DNA of 64,000 bases from Rhizophagus irregularis (GCF_026210795.1 NC_089430.1:2790001-2854000), one strand, 5' to 3'; counted from the stretch's first letter, positions 39,116-52,441 are shown. The notes: generated from the sequence alone by a model not told the origin. Program-made: numbers and translations.

Positions 39116-39437
39116 TAGAGCTTGAATTCGAGTCAGGTTGAATCAACTCGAGTAAAACGAGTCAAGAATTTTTTTGACTCGAAGAGTACTCGAGTCCAAG
39201 ACTCAAGTCAGGACTCAAGTTAACTAGAATTAATTTGAGTCAAAGTTAAAGTGCAGGCCAAAAAACTTATCCATAATTTTACCCGTTATAGTCATAGTGC
39301 TGGTAGGAATTACAAATAGGATTCAACCAGCACTATCAACCACATGATCCCGGTTGACTTGAGTCAAGAAATTTCTGACTCGAGTGCAAGTTCAACTCAA
39401 GTCAACTCAAGTTACATAAGTGCAAGTCTAAGCTCTA
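39116..39437. mobile_element. hAT-type MITE (322 bp)
   Basis: TIRs TAGAGCTT / AAGCTCTA. 8-bp TSD AACTGGTA / AACTGGTG. Many (A)CTCGAGT(C) subterminal repeats. Confidence 0.9.
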
Positions 39438-40747
39438 AACTGGTGTAGTATAGTTAAGATTATTAACAAGGTGTTATATGAGCAAAAATTTGATCAACAG
39501 ATTAAGGGAGGATCATCAGAACTATTTTGAAAAATGGTATATATTTAGGGGATAGAAGCATGAATGTAAGATTTATAAGGAATGCGATCATCACTCACAT
39601 CTGTATTGCAAAAGGTGTAAAAAAGTCACAGAAGAAATTTATAAGTGATGTGAAGGTTCTCAAGTAATTTGATCAATAAAGCAATAGTGCAAATTTATTA
39701 GACATTTTATATTTTTTTTCGCATGGAATGAGTGACGGGATTATGTAAAGCAAAGTGTGTACAGTCGCCACTGGATATAACGAACCAGCCGTTCTAAGAG
39801 ATTTGGTTCAGTATATAACGAATTCAATATATAATATTTATGTTATATATCAAACTGTTCGGTATATAAATTTTATCCAATAGTTTTAGTTGCACATAAC
39901 CATTATATTTAAATTAAAGTTAATAAAATGCGTGATGTACTACAATATTATTTTATTAATGACTATAAGTATTAACTAGCTATTTAAACATTATTATATA
40001 CATGCTATCCAAATTATTTTGGGATGCCATAATTATAATTTGGGATGCCATAATTTATTTAGTTTATATATAATTTACTATGTAAAGTGCTAAAATAATT
40101 TGGGATGTCATAATTGAATTTGGGATTTTACTTATAATTACGGCAGTTCAAAATAATTTGGGTGGCATGTATACATTATTATTATATTGGAAGTAATGAA
40201 GATTAAGCTGTTTAAGATTATTTACAACTAAAAGTTTTACTTTTTTATATAATTTTCTTAAAACCTTTAACTCTTCATTTACATCACCAAATTCTGGTCC
40301 CTGTTCATACAAAAATTTTATAGTTTTATCTATAGCTTTTTCTGCATCTGTTGGACTCACTTTTTCTGATATAGGTGTAAATTCGGTCTCATCCATCATA
40401 TCTTCCTCTTCCTTATCTGCATTTCGTATAGTATTAACTATTTCAAAATCTGTAAGCCCACCTTCCGGCATCTCATCCTCAACATGAAGGTATTCATATG
40501 CATTAAGATCACTATTTGGAAGCTGAAAAATTAACGCTTCAAGTTCATCAATATCTATATCAAATTAAGAAAAATAGAAATTAATGTTAATTTTAAAAAA
40601 ATTATATTATATAATTTTGCATATCTATCATCAGAAAATGCTGAATAATTATCAGGAAATTCTCCAGTTTTGTTAATACTTGGTGGAAGAATACCTGTCT
40701 TCTTCTAACAGTTTGAAATTGTTTAAGAAGATACTATTGATCATGCT

Positions 40748-42461
40748 TAGGCATGTTAATGGTCCAGTCCAGTCTGTCCTGGTCCAGTTTTCATCGGTTT
40801 ACAGTCTGGGATTAGATTAAGGACCAGGACTGATCAGTCTTATAGGACCGTGGTCTGGATCACAGTCCCATAAAAAAAATTTAGTATTAGTTTGTTACTT
40901 TGCATAATTTCTACCAGAATTAACAAAATTTCTTTTTTTAAAATTTTATGTAACCTTGTGCAACAACACACTTCAATTTTCGCGAAAAATAAAATTTTCC
41001 TTTTTTGGAATTGTGTAATGTTAAACTGCCATAATTTGGGCCAGCACTATGAATTTTGATTAAAAAAATTTCTTATATAGTACAGAACCTTTATACTCAA
41101 CTACTTATGTTGTGACACGCCGCCCATAGGATATTAAATAAAATATCGTATATTGCCACCGATGTGTTGAGTTCAAATAATATCTATGCTTGGTTTAAAA
41201 TAAAAATTAGTTACAAAAATTACAAAAACATTATTTTCTTACTTAAATATTAATTTTGCGATAATTTCTATTAAAGGCGAACTAAAATTTTTATTATTAT
41301 TTTTTTTTAAAAATTGAACTTCCAAACTCGAACTGTGAAATTTCTAACGAAATCCACTTGTATTTATACATTTTAAGAAAATCATTTCTAATATGACTAT
41401 CTTTTTTCTAATAAAAATTTAAGAAAATAAAAGATCTATTATCATATGACTATCTCATTACACTAAACTAAACTATAAATATAATTTTATCGGTTAATCA
41501 TTTACCCATCGGCTAATTATTTACCCTTATTTTATTTTATTGTATTTTCGGTTATTACAATGTATAGTAACAATTAATTGATTATAAATTCCTAAAAAAA
41601 AATTTTTTTATATTAAAGTAAAAAATTTAACCGATAATTTTTATAGATATGACCATTAGCTTTAAAAATTATCAGTTATTTTTTTTTCTAAATTAAATTT
41701 TGGCTGAGTTTTAGCTGTTTAAAAATCTGTAATTTAAATATATTGATTAAATTTAGTCAAAATTGAGACTAGTTTAAATTTTTATATTACAGGTTTTTTT
41801 AGCCACATTTAATGTACAGATTTTTTTTTTAATATGCCAAGAAGAAAAAAAATTTTAAAACTGCAAAAAAAGATTTAATGAATAAGGTCAGTTGTTTAAA
41901 TATAGGTCAATTTAATGTTATAGATGATAATTATATACCATCAAGTAAATATTTAAAAGACAGTTCAGATGAATTTATAAATGAAAGAATTCAAAAACTA
42001 AGTAATTTTACTTTAATTTGGTCAAAAAATACATATAATAAAATACAAATCTCATCATCGTATACCTGATTCATCAGTTTATAATGAAATACAATAAATA
42101 AATATATTACTATATAAATTTTATATTATATAACTTATAAAATCCTAATTTCTGATTGGTTAATATATGTATCATGTGACGCTTACATAATCTGAAAAAT
42201 TGAAACTTTTTTTTTATTTTTATAAATCAATTCCTTTTAATAAATAGAGTTTAATTTTTTTTATAAAATTAAAATCCAATCATAAAATCAAATTTTATTT
42301 AAATTTTTTTAAGTTCCTATTATAGAGGTTTTGTACCGTAAGACCATCTATCATAGGACTAACGATCCTATCAGTCCAGTCCTAATGCAGTCTAGTCCAA
42401 AATCGGTCCTTAGGACTGGACCATGGTCTGGTCAGTCCAGATCAGACCGTTAACATCCCTA
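40748..42461. mobile_element. Non-autonomous hAT element (1714 bp) inside the pogo transposase
   Basis: TIRs TAGGCATGTTAATGGTC versus rc TAGGGATGTTAACGGTC. 8-bp TSD ATCATGCT / ACCATGCT. CAGTC/GGTC subterminal repeats at both ends. Confidence 0.92.
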
Positions 42462-42716
42462 ACCATGCTTCAGCCGCATTCTGTAAAGAATCATAAATGG
42501 TATAATCTGCAAGTTCTTTCACAATACCATCCTACACATTATCATATGCATCAATCCTATTCTGAATGAAAAGGCATTTATAATGACACTTAAATGAATG
42601 AATAATTCCCACATTACAAGGCTGAAGTTTAGTGGTAGTATTTGGTAAAAGAAATTTCACATCTATACTATCCAACTTTTCTTGAGTTTCATCTAAAATA
42701 AGATGTACTGGTGCAT

Positions 42717-43243
42717 CCCTATAAAAAGTATTTATATTTAAAATATAATTAAAAACTTTTTAAAATATATTTAAAATATACTTAAAATATATTTAATTTA
42801 AAAATTGCGAAATACTTATAATATACTTAAAATGTATTTAAAATTATCTTAAAATATATTTCTAATATATTTAATTTTTGCCCAAATACTTAAAATATAC
42901 TTAAATTATATTTAAATTAAAATTTAAGTATATTATAGATATATTTTTTACATATTTAAAATATACTTAAAATATATTATGTAATATATTTTAAGTATAT
43001 TTTAAGTATGTAAAAAATATACTTATAATAATCTTATAATATACTTAAATTTTAATTTAAATATAATTTAAATATATTTTAAGTATATGGGCAAAAATTA
43101 AATATATTAAACATATATTTTAAGATAATTTTAAGTATATTTTAGATATATTAAAAATATATTATAAGTATTTTGCAATTTTTAAATTAAGTATATTTTA
43201 AATATATTTTAAGTATATTTTAAGTATAATACTTTTTATAGGG
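42717..43243. mobile_element. AT-rich foldback element (527 bp), CCC...GGG ends, 3-bp TSD (CACTA/CMC-like)
   Basis: CCCTATAAAAAGTAT / ATACTTTTTATAGGG termini and an internally palindromic body. TSD CAT (42714-16, 43244-46). Removal restores the codons for IDNAPVH. Confidence 0.92.
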
Positions 43244-44194
43244 CATTATCAATTAAAAAAAATATTTTTCATCTTTTTCGTCTCATTATTTCATTGAGTT
43301 TAAAAGAATTTCATTAAAAATGCCAACTTGCATCCATGCTTTTTTATTTCAAAAGTAATAAACTGGAAGGTTTTTATAATTAATGTTTTTTATAACACAA
43401 GGAGTTTTGTATTTGTGAATAAATGTTAGCGTTATTTTCTCACTGCCAGTTGCATTTATTGCACAAAATATTGTAACACAGGATTTCTCTTTTTTATGCC
43501 CTGATAAAGAATTACATGCCAAAACTCTAGAAGGTTCCATCTTTCAGAATAGGCCAGTTTCATCACCATTCCAAATATCTTCAGGGTTGTAAGATGCAAG
43601 GAGCTGTTGTAAAGTAAAATGATCTTTTTCTATTGATTCAGCTAAAGGAGCACTTTCAGTTTCACCTTGCTTTTTAAATTGATGCAAACCATGCCATTTT
43701 TTAAAACCACCTAACCAACCCTCTGAATGATGAAAATCTTCTATTGAAAACTGTTCGGCAAAATAGCTTGCCTTTACCTTTAAGATATTACCATCAATAT
43801 CTTGTTTAGTATTAAGTGCGTTATCAACCCATAAACCAAGTGCACCTTCCAGTTGTAGCCATTTTGATCTGTGAAATTTTTTAGTATTCTCTTGACTTTC
43901 TGTAATTGTAAGCCAATGGTCACTTTCTCTTAAAATGTCGGTAATTGTAGACTTCCTAACATTATATTTTTGCGCAAGTTCTACATTTTGGAGTGTTGGG
44001 ACTTTCTCTTTTATTTCACAGATTTCGTACTTTTGTTTAGCAGAAAGACTAACTCTTTTTCTTTTTGTCAGCATTATCGGAACTTTTGAAGAAATTTATC
44101 TGATTCAAACTAACGGAAATTGGAAAAAGTATTTACGTGTAATGTCATCTTTTATATTAGCCATATAAATCACATGACAGTTCGGTATACTAAA

Positions 44195-45233
44195 AACTTC
44201 CAGCGTAATCATCAAAAAAAGCTCGGGCATGTGATTCATGTGATTTGACTGCGGCTAAGTGTGGCTATAGAAATTGCAATACGCAGTTATTGCTAAATTA
44301 ATTTTCTAAAGTCAACACTAACTCCAAAAGTAAAAGTTTCAGCCTAAACTAATCTTTCTTACCTAACCCTAAGATACTCCAATGTTTACGTTATTTTCAA
44401 GGATAAGTATTTCTGTCTAAAACAACTTTCCTTACCCTAACCTAACTCTAAGAAACTCCAACATCTACGTTATCTTCAAGAATATGTATTTCCATCTAAA
44501 ACAACTTTCCTTATTCTAACCCTAAGATACTTCAACGTCAATGTTATCTTCAAAGATAAGTATTTTAGCCTAAAGTAACTTTTCTTACTCTAAGATACTC
44601 TACTTCAAAGATGATTGCTTGAGAATATAATAAAATTTTATAGATGTTAATTCATAAGAGTAAAACAAATTCTTTTAAATTAATAAATTATTGTAATTAT
44701 TTTATTTAATATTAATTTGACAATAAAATTTTTCAATTTTAATTTATTAAAATACATTAATTTAAAATAAATTATTTTAAATAATGAGTGCTATCAATAT
44801 GCCTTCCATGTTAATGGCATAGTTCACTTATTTTGCCTTACTTATTTTTGATGCAGACTAGTTTTGCTTTTCTAGAAGAGAAGGTAGCATTAATTAGGCT
44901 GTCAAATAACAGTTGCAAATTAGTTTGTTGAACTGGTATTATTGCTTACTTGGTGATTTCCAAGATATTAGGTTTATTCTACAGGTTTCATATATTTCTG
45001 CAAGTAGCTATTGTAAATAAAATAAGCCAACTTTTTTTTTAAAAAATAAAAATTTGTATTCTTTGGTATTGGTAATGTAGACGCGAAAAGAAAAGAAAGC
45101 TTAAATAATAGCTTAAATAATACACGATAAATATTTAAATAGATCAGTTGCCACAAACTGCACCATATGTAACAAAATCACATGCTTAAAAATCACATGC
45201 CCAAGCTTTTTTTGATGGTGTTACTAGGAAGAT
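44195..45233. mobile_element. Non-autonomous TIR element (~1039 bp), 10-bp TSD, Mutator-like
   Basis: Imperfect ~40-bp TIRs (CTTCC...CATCAAAAAAAGCT.GGGCATGTGATT). GTATACTAAA is duplicated at 44185-44194 and 45234-45243. ~75-bp tandem repeats at 44343-44600. Confidence 0.82.
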
Positions 45234-45324
45234 GTATACTAAATATGCAGCTACTATATTTGGGCTAGCTATAATGAGTTCGGATGCAATATATAGCAAT
45301 TTATTATGTGATTTCGTTATATCC

Positions 45325-45551
45325 TAAAACCCTAGTCATGGCGAAAAAAAAGTGGCAGACACGTGACTGCATTTTATTCATCACAACCATCATACCTACC
45401 GCGTTTCCACTTTTTATATTTATATTAGGGACTTAGTTTTTTTTGAGTAGGTAAAAACTTATGTTTATTTTCACGTGTTAGTGCATAACGCCGTAATGCG
45501 GGCCAAAAGTCACGTATCTGCCACTTTTTTTTCGCCATGACTAGGGTTTTA
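45325..45551. mobile_element. MITE (227 bp) with 44-bp TIRs
   Basis: TAAAACCCTAGTCATGGCGAAAAAAAAGTGGCAGA(C/T)ACGTGACT at both ends with one mismatch. TSD and superfamily not resolved. Confidence 0.88.
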
Positions 45552-47125
45552 ATCAATACACCTATGATGCAATATAGCTGATCACGTAGCAGGTCTCTTA
45601 TGTGACAGTTAAATTTCTCACATATACTAGGCCTATATTTTTGATTATATAGAAAAAATGTTATGTATAGACACCTATGTACGTAGCGTACGGTGATATG
45701 CACTATACATGTGACGGTTTTATTCTATACATGTACGTTTAATCAGTAAATTGATATTCTGTATAGACGTACAGAAAAAAAAACTCAATATTTTTAATTC
45801 TTTAATTCTTTTAAACTTTTTGACGTACTTTATATATTGCAATAAAGTACATTAGAAACAAAAACAAATAAATACAAACTAATATTTTTGAAGAAAAGTA
45901 CGGCAAAAAAAAATACCCAGATAAACAAAACAGATTAACTGAGCGCGTAAGGTTAACAATCTTGAAAAAAATTAACTGAAAACAGAAATCAAAAGGCTAT
46001 TAGATGTTGCTAAGAAGTAGAAATTAAATAATTAAGTTTTGGTATCTATAAACAAACCTAACTGAAGGTATGCACGTAATTTTATAGATTTTTTTGTTAT
46101 ATGAAAATTTATTTTATGCGATGCATTTTTTTTTAATTTTTCTATTAATCATTTTAGCGTCTCATTGAGTTTATCCCATTATATACCTACTATCACGTAT
46201 GTGAATACTAAATTTTTTCATATTTTCAAAAAGATTTTTTCTTTAATCAATTGACTACAACTCATACTTTTTAACACATTTTCCAGATATTATAATGAAA
46301 AAATAAAAACTAGTTATAGAATAAATATAATTTTTGTTTATAGAATTATAAATTAAGAAAATATATTGTAATTAAGATAATTAAAGACAATAATTTTTTT
46401 TACAAAAAATCGATATACGTTCTATTTTTTAATATGCTAAATCAAGTTAAATCAATTGATAATGTGATATATTGTACATCTGATTTTATATATTGTATAA
46501 TATCACACCATATAAATAGCCGAAATTTCTAAAAAATTTGCAAAAAGATCGGGAAAAAGGTATTTTACAGTAATTTTCAAGTTGAATAGGAGTGTGAGAA
46601 TTTATTATTTGATAGGTATTTCCTAAAGCAAATTTTATGCCATGGTTGGGAAGGTTATTAATTATTTATTTACCAAATTAAGTGAATGTGAATATTAATT
46701 TATAATTACATAATTTTTTAGATTACCGATCTATACTTAAATCACGAACAATTATATTGCTATAATATTGGAATTTTTTCCATGAATCACCGTAAAATAT
46801 TGGAATTTATTTATTAGGGATTATTTTAAATAAAATCATAATTTTTAATGTCTAAAATGGTAAGAAGTAGCAATTTGATTTTATTTTTAAATCAAGATTT
46901 AATTACAATATTACCAAAATAATTAACAATTTTACATTCTTATATTCATATAAATCAATTATCCAGCTTGACTTTAAATTAATATAGTTAGGTAGTTGTT
47001 AACTTATTTTTGACCACAAATCAAAAACGTGTACTCAATAATGTAACGCGTAAAATTTTTTTTTTAAAAAATCAATTTTTCGAATTTTATATTTTTCAAA
47101 AATTAATTTTTAATTACAAATTATA

Positions 47126-50100
47126 ATGTCCTCTATTATTGAACTTTCAGATATTAAAGAATATAATGCAAAAGATTTTACAGATCCTGTAGAAATAGTT
47201 GATAAAGATAAGGTAAATAATGTGTAGGATAGGATAATTTTTTATTATTTCTAATAAATAAACCAAATAGGATAAAGATGATACTAATGAAGATAAAAGT
47301 GGAGATGAAGAAAATGATAGAACATTTACTTTCTTTACTCCTAAACTACAAGTTCAAAAAGTAATCTACACAACTGTTCCTGTGGAGTATCCAGACATCT
47401 CACTAGAAGGAGTTGCGACGATATTTAATGTTACTGGTTGGAAGAACCATATGGATGCTTTTTCAGATGTAAGTATATGTTAAATTTAATTTAATGGCAA
47501 ATATATATTAAACTAAAATTCTTTAATTATAAAAAATCCAATATTCAACAAATGGTTCAGGTGGTTCTTCAAATATTAAAGAATGTCCCTTTTTTGGTGG
47601 AATATCAGTTAAAAAGGATAAAAGAAAGTGCCAAGGCATTAAATTTTGTCAGTTTTCTGATCAAGAATTTGTCAACCAAGAGTATTGTAGTGTTGATTTT
47701 AATTCAAAAACTTTTAAAACATATACACAACAGTAAGATAATAACTCCAAAGAAGCTAAAACATACACGTAAGTTTTTTAACAATTATTCCTTTAATTTA
47801 ATTATTATTTTAAACTAATAATTTGAAAATTTAATTAGTTTGTTTTTGGCAGTAAAAAAATCTTCTTGTCCTTTTAAAAAAGAGAATGTACCTTGTGATG
47901 GAGGAGCTCATATTGGAAAAATTACTAATTATAAGACTCAAATAGTTACATATTTTATTGAATGTGATAAATTTAAACAAAATGAAAAATGGCATCGATT
48001 TATTAAAATTAAACCAGAAGAAATAGATATTTCACTTCTTCAAAATCTATTTTCTGGTACTGTATCTGTAAGTAATACTTTTTAATTTAGATTTTTATAT
48101 ATTTATTTTTTGAAAACTAAATACTAAGTTAATTATTTAGACACAAGAAGTAGCACAATGTAACATGATAGTTCCTAGAAATTGTAGATGCAAAAAATGT
48201 GGTAATATATTTAATTTTTTGTTTTATATTGTATACCAGATATATGTATAATATGCAATATCTAATTTTTTTAAAATTTAAGATATTCCTCACTTAAATA
48301 ATGGAACTGCTGTTTGTGGTGACATAATTGAAAAATCTTGTTCAGTACAATTTATTAAAATTATTCCTCATAACATTACTGAATATCCATTTGTTGCTCT
48401 TATTTGTATTGGTGTTCACAATCATCCTCCACCTCTACCAGAAAGAACACCTGCTGAAATTAAAAATAATTTGCAACTTCTAATTGAACAGGCAATTCAT
48501 CAGGATGATACTATTACTTCAAGATCTTTATTATCAGGTAAATGTTAAATTTTAATGGAAATTTTACATTATTATATTATTAATAATATACTATATTAAT
48601 TAATAGGGAATTTGATCAATGCATATTTTAACAAAGAAATCTTAGCAGAGGTGCATGTATCATTGAATAATATTGATAAATTGCGTTATTTAATAGGAAA
48701 AGCATATAAAAATTTGCATCCATTTGGGCAAGGAGTTATGGGTGTATATCATAATGCATTAACTGCAAATTCCAATTTGGCTAATTATATTCGTAAAATT
48801 GGTAAGTTTTTAAATCCAATTTACATCCATAATTAATTATATATTAATAATAATTATTTTTTAGATCTTTTTACAAATAATGGTCAAGTAATTATTATAT
48901 GCATGCTTGCTGAACAAGCCAAAAAGTTGATTGCACTTGAGTGGTTTCAAATTGATGTTAGTTTCAAACGAGTGAAAGGAGAAATTAATAAATTTGAAAT
49001 AAATACATATGATTCTAATCATCATTTAAGTAAGTGAATTTTTTTAAATTCAATTTAATATACATATAAAAGGAAATATGTATTAAATATATAACTTTTA
49101 TTTTAGTATTATCATTTTGTAGAATTTTTACAAATGTTTTTACAGCTGAAAAATATCATAGATTATTTTTATCCTTATTTCAAGTAATTTATGAAGTAAG
49201 TGGACAACATATTAAGTTTTAACACATTCATAAAGATGGTATCAGATGCATTCTAGCTGATTTGGATAGCGCACAAGCCAAGGGCTTAGGATCAGCTTTA
49301 CATGATCTGGATTGTGAAAGAGATTGGGAGACCCATTTGACCTTTATTTTTAAGTCTTGTCTTGTGCATTTTGAACGGTATTTATATATTTATTTTTCAT
49401 TATTTATTACTTTTTATAAATCTTTAAATGTTTAATTTATTTTTTTTTCTTAAGAAATTTGCATCACAAAACATTTGAAAAAAATACAAAAAAGTTAATA
49501 AGACAGATTCCTAATGCATCTAGTAAAGAAGAAGTAAATATTCTATTACAACAAATAAAAGATACAAATGATGATGGAATAGAAGATATATATTAATTAT
49601 TAATATTTTAAATTAAGTAATTATATTATTTTAACAAATTATTATTTTTTTTTTTTGTAGATTGGTTAAAATATTACTAACAACCATATGTATTGTCTTC
49701 TTTAAATCAATTTATTTCAAATATTAATCATGAAACTTAGCGCAAAAGTGGAACAAATACTAATAATGCAGAGGCAGCTCATTCTATGGTAAATAGAGAG
49801 GGAAAGCAATTAAAATTACTATCAGCCATTTTAAGGTTAGTTATTTATGTTTACTTGATATTTTTATTATACATAATTTTTAAAAATATTTTTTATTTTA
49901 TAGAGGGAAAAAATATGATGAACGGTGTTACAAAACAATTGAAATTCATAACAATACAGGTGTTCCTTATACACATCGGGATAAAAGTGAAATTAAGCGA
50001 ACAAGTGAATCAATAATACGCAAAGGTAGTAATAATATTTATGAAAATAATTATCAGTTATTAATTTCATGTAAAAGCTAACTTTTTTAATTAAATATAG

Positions 50101-50403
50101 GATTTTCGTAATCAAAAAAATAAAGAACCAGTTATTGATTTAACAAATGATCATTTATCCAATAAACCCTCTTTAAAAAGAAAACTTTCTCCCTCTACTA
50201 ATAGAAAATCATCAAAAAAAAGTAAAGAGGAGCCATTGGAAAATGAGAAAACAGAGATACTTGAATTAGAAATTGAAGAGAAAAAAATAGCATTAAGAGA
50301 GCGTGCTATTAAAGCACGAATTGCTGAAGCTGAAGTTAGAAAACTAGAAGCTGAAGCTGAGGCATTAGAAATAGCTAATCAACAACAAAGACTGAAGATT
50401 TAG
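47126..50403 (+). pseudogene. Intron-rich MULE-type transposase with premature stops
   Basis: About 12 short introns. CIGVHNHPPP (Zn finger), WFQIDVSFKRVKG (D1), CILADLDSAQAKGLG (D2), FKSCLVHFER (CxxH) and TNTNNAEAAH (E). In-frame stops near 49220, 49678 and 49738. Confidence 0.85.
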
Positions 50404-50656
50404 TCGTATTTCTAGATTGAAAAAAGTTTGGTTTTATGAAATTTCAATAAAGATTATAAAGATTATATGTTACTAGTATAAAAAATTTTTTAAAAAATAA
50501 AATTTAAATTGGTTTTTAAAGTAAAATTTGTGTTCGTAAAAAAAATATTTTTTTTTTAAAGTAAAATTTGTGTAAAAAAAAATAATGTATGGTCACGTGA
50601 TTTTAGATATTGTATATACCGTACGTACGTACATTTTTATTGTATAAAGTAATAAT

Positions 50657-50818
50657 CGGTAGTGGTAGTAGTGCAGGTCTTTTATTTTTCAAGAAGTTCG
50701 GGTTGGGCTCCAGCTTGTCTGGAATTCGATGGTAGGAATCGTTTAGGTCGTGCTAGTTATAGTCCATCCTTTGCTTACTTTCTCTACCGGCTTCACATAA
50801 AATAAATAAAATAAATAA
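50657..50818 (+). mobile_element. Short retroposed insertion (SINE or 5'-truncated LINE 3' end), 162 bp
   Basis: GC-richer body ending in a (TAAA/TAAAA)n tail. Flanked by a perfect 18-bp direct repeat ATTGTATAAAGTAATAAT (50639-50656, 50819-50836). Confidence 0.9.
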
Positions 50819-51038
50819 ATTGTATAAAGTAATAATATAATAAATACGTATGTACGTATAGTAAAAAAATACAACCATACGTACAAAGAAAAAGATCACC
50901 GTACGTGACATACAAAGGGTTGTATACATAACATGTTTTCTACATACCGAGTATTTTTTCGCAAATAAAATTCTTTGTCCTCACATACCGCACTTTGAGC
51001 CAATAACATTCCGCAAAAAAAATAATATAAAAGCTGTC

Positions 51039-52441
51039 ATGTCTATCACGTTATTCTGATCTCGTTAAAGGAAATACAACCGCGAACGCCTTCGAAGTTG
51101 ATATTGAGAAGGACAAGTTTATTAGCAAGCTCAAGGAGGCTATAAAGGCAAAAAAACAAAATGACTTTGCTGGTATAGACGCAGACAATCTCTGACGATC
51201 ATGTCGATCCCTTAAGCAATCTTTCATTCGAGGACAGTTAGCTATAAGAAAGATTTCGAAATACTTCCCTGTCTCACCTCTCGAGGAACATATTTATGTC
51301 TTAGTCGAACCACCAGAGACCACCGCCACTTCGAGCCGTGAACAGGAATTGCTTGACCGCATCGCATCGTTGGAGAAATCGCTTAACAAGTCAACTCATG
51401 GTATGTATTTTTTTTCCTGAGCAGAGGTCAGTGAAAAATTACTAACTGGCTGTTATATTACAGCGTTTGATGTCGTCGTTAGGCCGAAACAGAAGGCAAA
51501 TAAGTGGACTGTAAATATCGAGCAAGCAACCCTCAAAGACCTCACGTGAATTGTATAAGCCACCAGCGCTTGAAAATGATGGAGCAGTACTGAACTTCAT
51601 GAACGATGGGGATAGATATTATCCTAGGAACGATGAATCATTTCGAGAGATGTTGCGGACGCTAGTATCAAAGAAAAATCTCAAGTTTACCGTGTTCATA
51701 GAGACTCCCTCAAAACCATTCAACTCCTGGACCTTCCCTAAAGTGTGTGAGCTCTATGAGCTTAGCGACGACCCGAATCCTAGTATTGATGTATATCCCG
51801 TTTTTCATTGTGGATCTGCTAACCTAAGTAGCAAAAAGTCTGAAGACGTGATTAAGCATCTAATGGCTGAATTAAAACTTCGCCAAGATGTTACTCCTCT
51901 CGACAAGGCATATGAGGCAACGAAGACAATTTATTCTTACTGCTATCTGGCTTCCGGGGTCTCGTTTTACAAAGATAATTTCAAGCTCATACCGGAAAAA
52001 CTTATCGAGGGTCGAAACCTCGATTATGCAGTAGAGTGTCGTTCGACCGGTAGAGTCCTTGGTGTAATCGAAGTTAAGAAGGAAGATTTTATGAAGGGAT
52101 TTGCCCAGGCGTCCGTGCAGATGGAGTCAACTTTGTCACGTAAACGCAAGGCAGATGAAATCGATAATGGACAGGATGTAGATAGGGTATTTGGGATTGT
52201 TACCGATGCATCTGAATGGTATTTTATGGAATGTTCGCTAGATAATGAGGGGAAACCATCGTTTAAGCTATCGGAACCAGTGACCGTTGTGTGCAAAGAT
52301 GAGAATTTGCAAGCTAAAGTAGAAAAGATCCTCGGGCATATTGTATGGTTATTGGAAGAGGCACAGAAGCCGGTGGAAGCTTCGCAAAGTGGTGTAAAAA
52401 GGGTAAAGTCATTGAGCAACATCGCAGAAAAATCGAATTAG
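51039..52441 (+). pseudogene. Crinkler (CRN)-REase paralog 3: broken N-terminal header, open 296-aa nuclease-bearing C-terminus
   Basis: MSITLF*..LVKGNTTANAFEVDI...ISKLKEAIK...EHIYVLVEPP. Intron at ~51402-51463. PD-(D/E)xK signature LDYAV...IEVKK...GFAQASVQM and FGIVTDASEWYF. Confidence 0.9.

Larger units (their letters stand above)
40148..44074 (-). pseudogene. CENP-B/pogo-type DDE transposase, disrupted
   Basis: N-terminal HTH (KRKRVSLSAKQKYEIC, SEGWLGGFK), WNGDETGLF, LIDNAPVH (after removing the insert), LQPCNVGIIHSFK and AAEAW|SIVSS*TISNC*KKTGIL. Confidence 0.92.
39762..45324 (-). mobile_element. pogo/Tigger (Tc1-mariner superfamily) transposon carrying three nested insertions
   Basis: Left end TA|CAGTCGCCACTGGATATAACGAA. 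The right side keeps only the inner TIR part TTCGTTATATCC (45313-45324) before the MITE at 45325, so the right boundary is tentative. Confidence 0.75.
45643..50949 (+). mobile_element. Large Mutator-like element (~5.3 kb)
   Basis: Imperfect ~55-bp TIRs: GATTATATAGAAAAAATGTTATGTATAGACACCTATGTACGTAGCGTACGGTGAT versus rc CGGTATGTAGAAAACATGTTATGTATACAACCCTTTGTATGTCACGTACGGTGAT. Possible eroded 9-bp TSD (TATATTTTT / AGTATTTTT). Internal transposase. Confidence 0.8.

Noticed and set aside
50657..50730. tRNA gene
   Set aside because: Only weak A/B-box resemblance, and no cloverleaf could be built.
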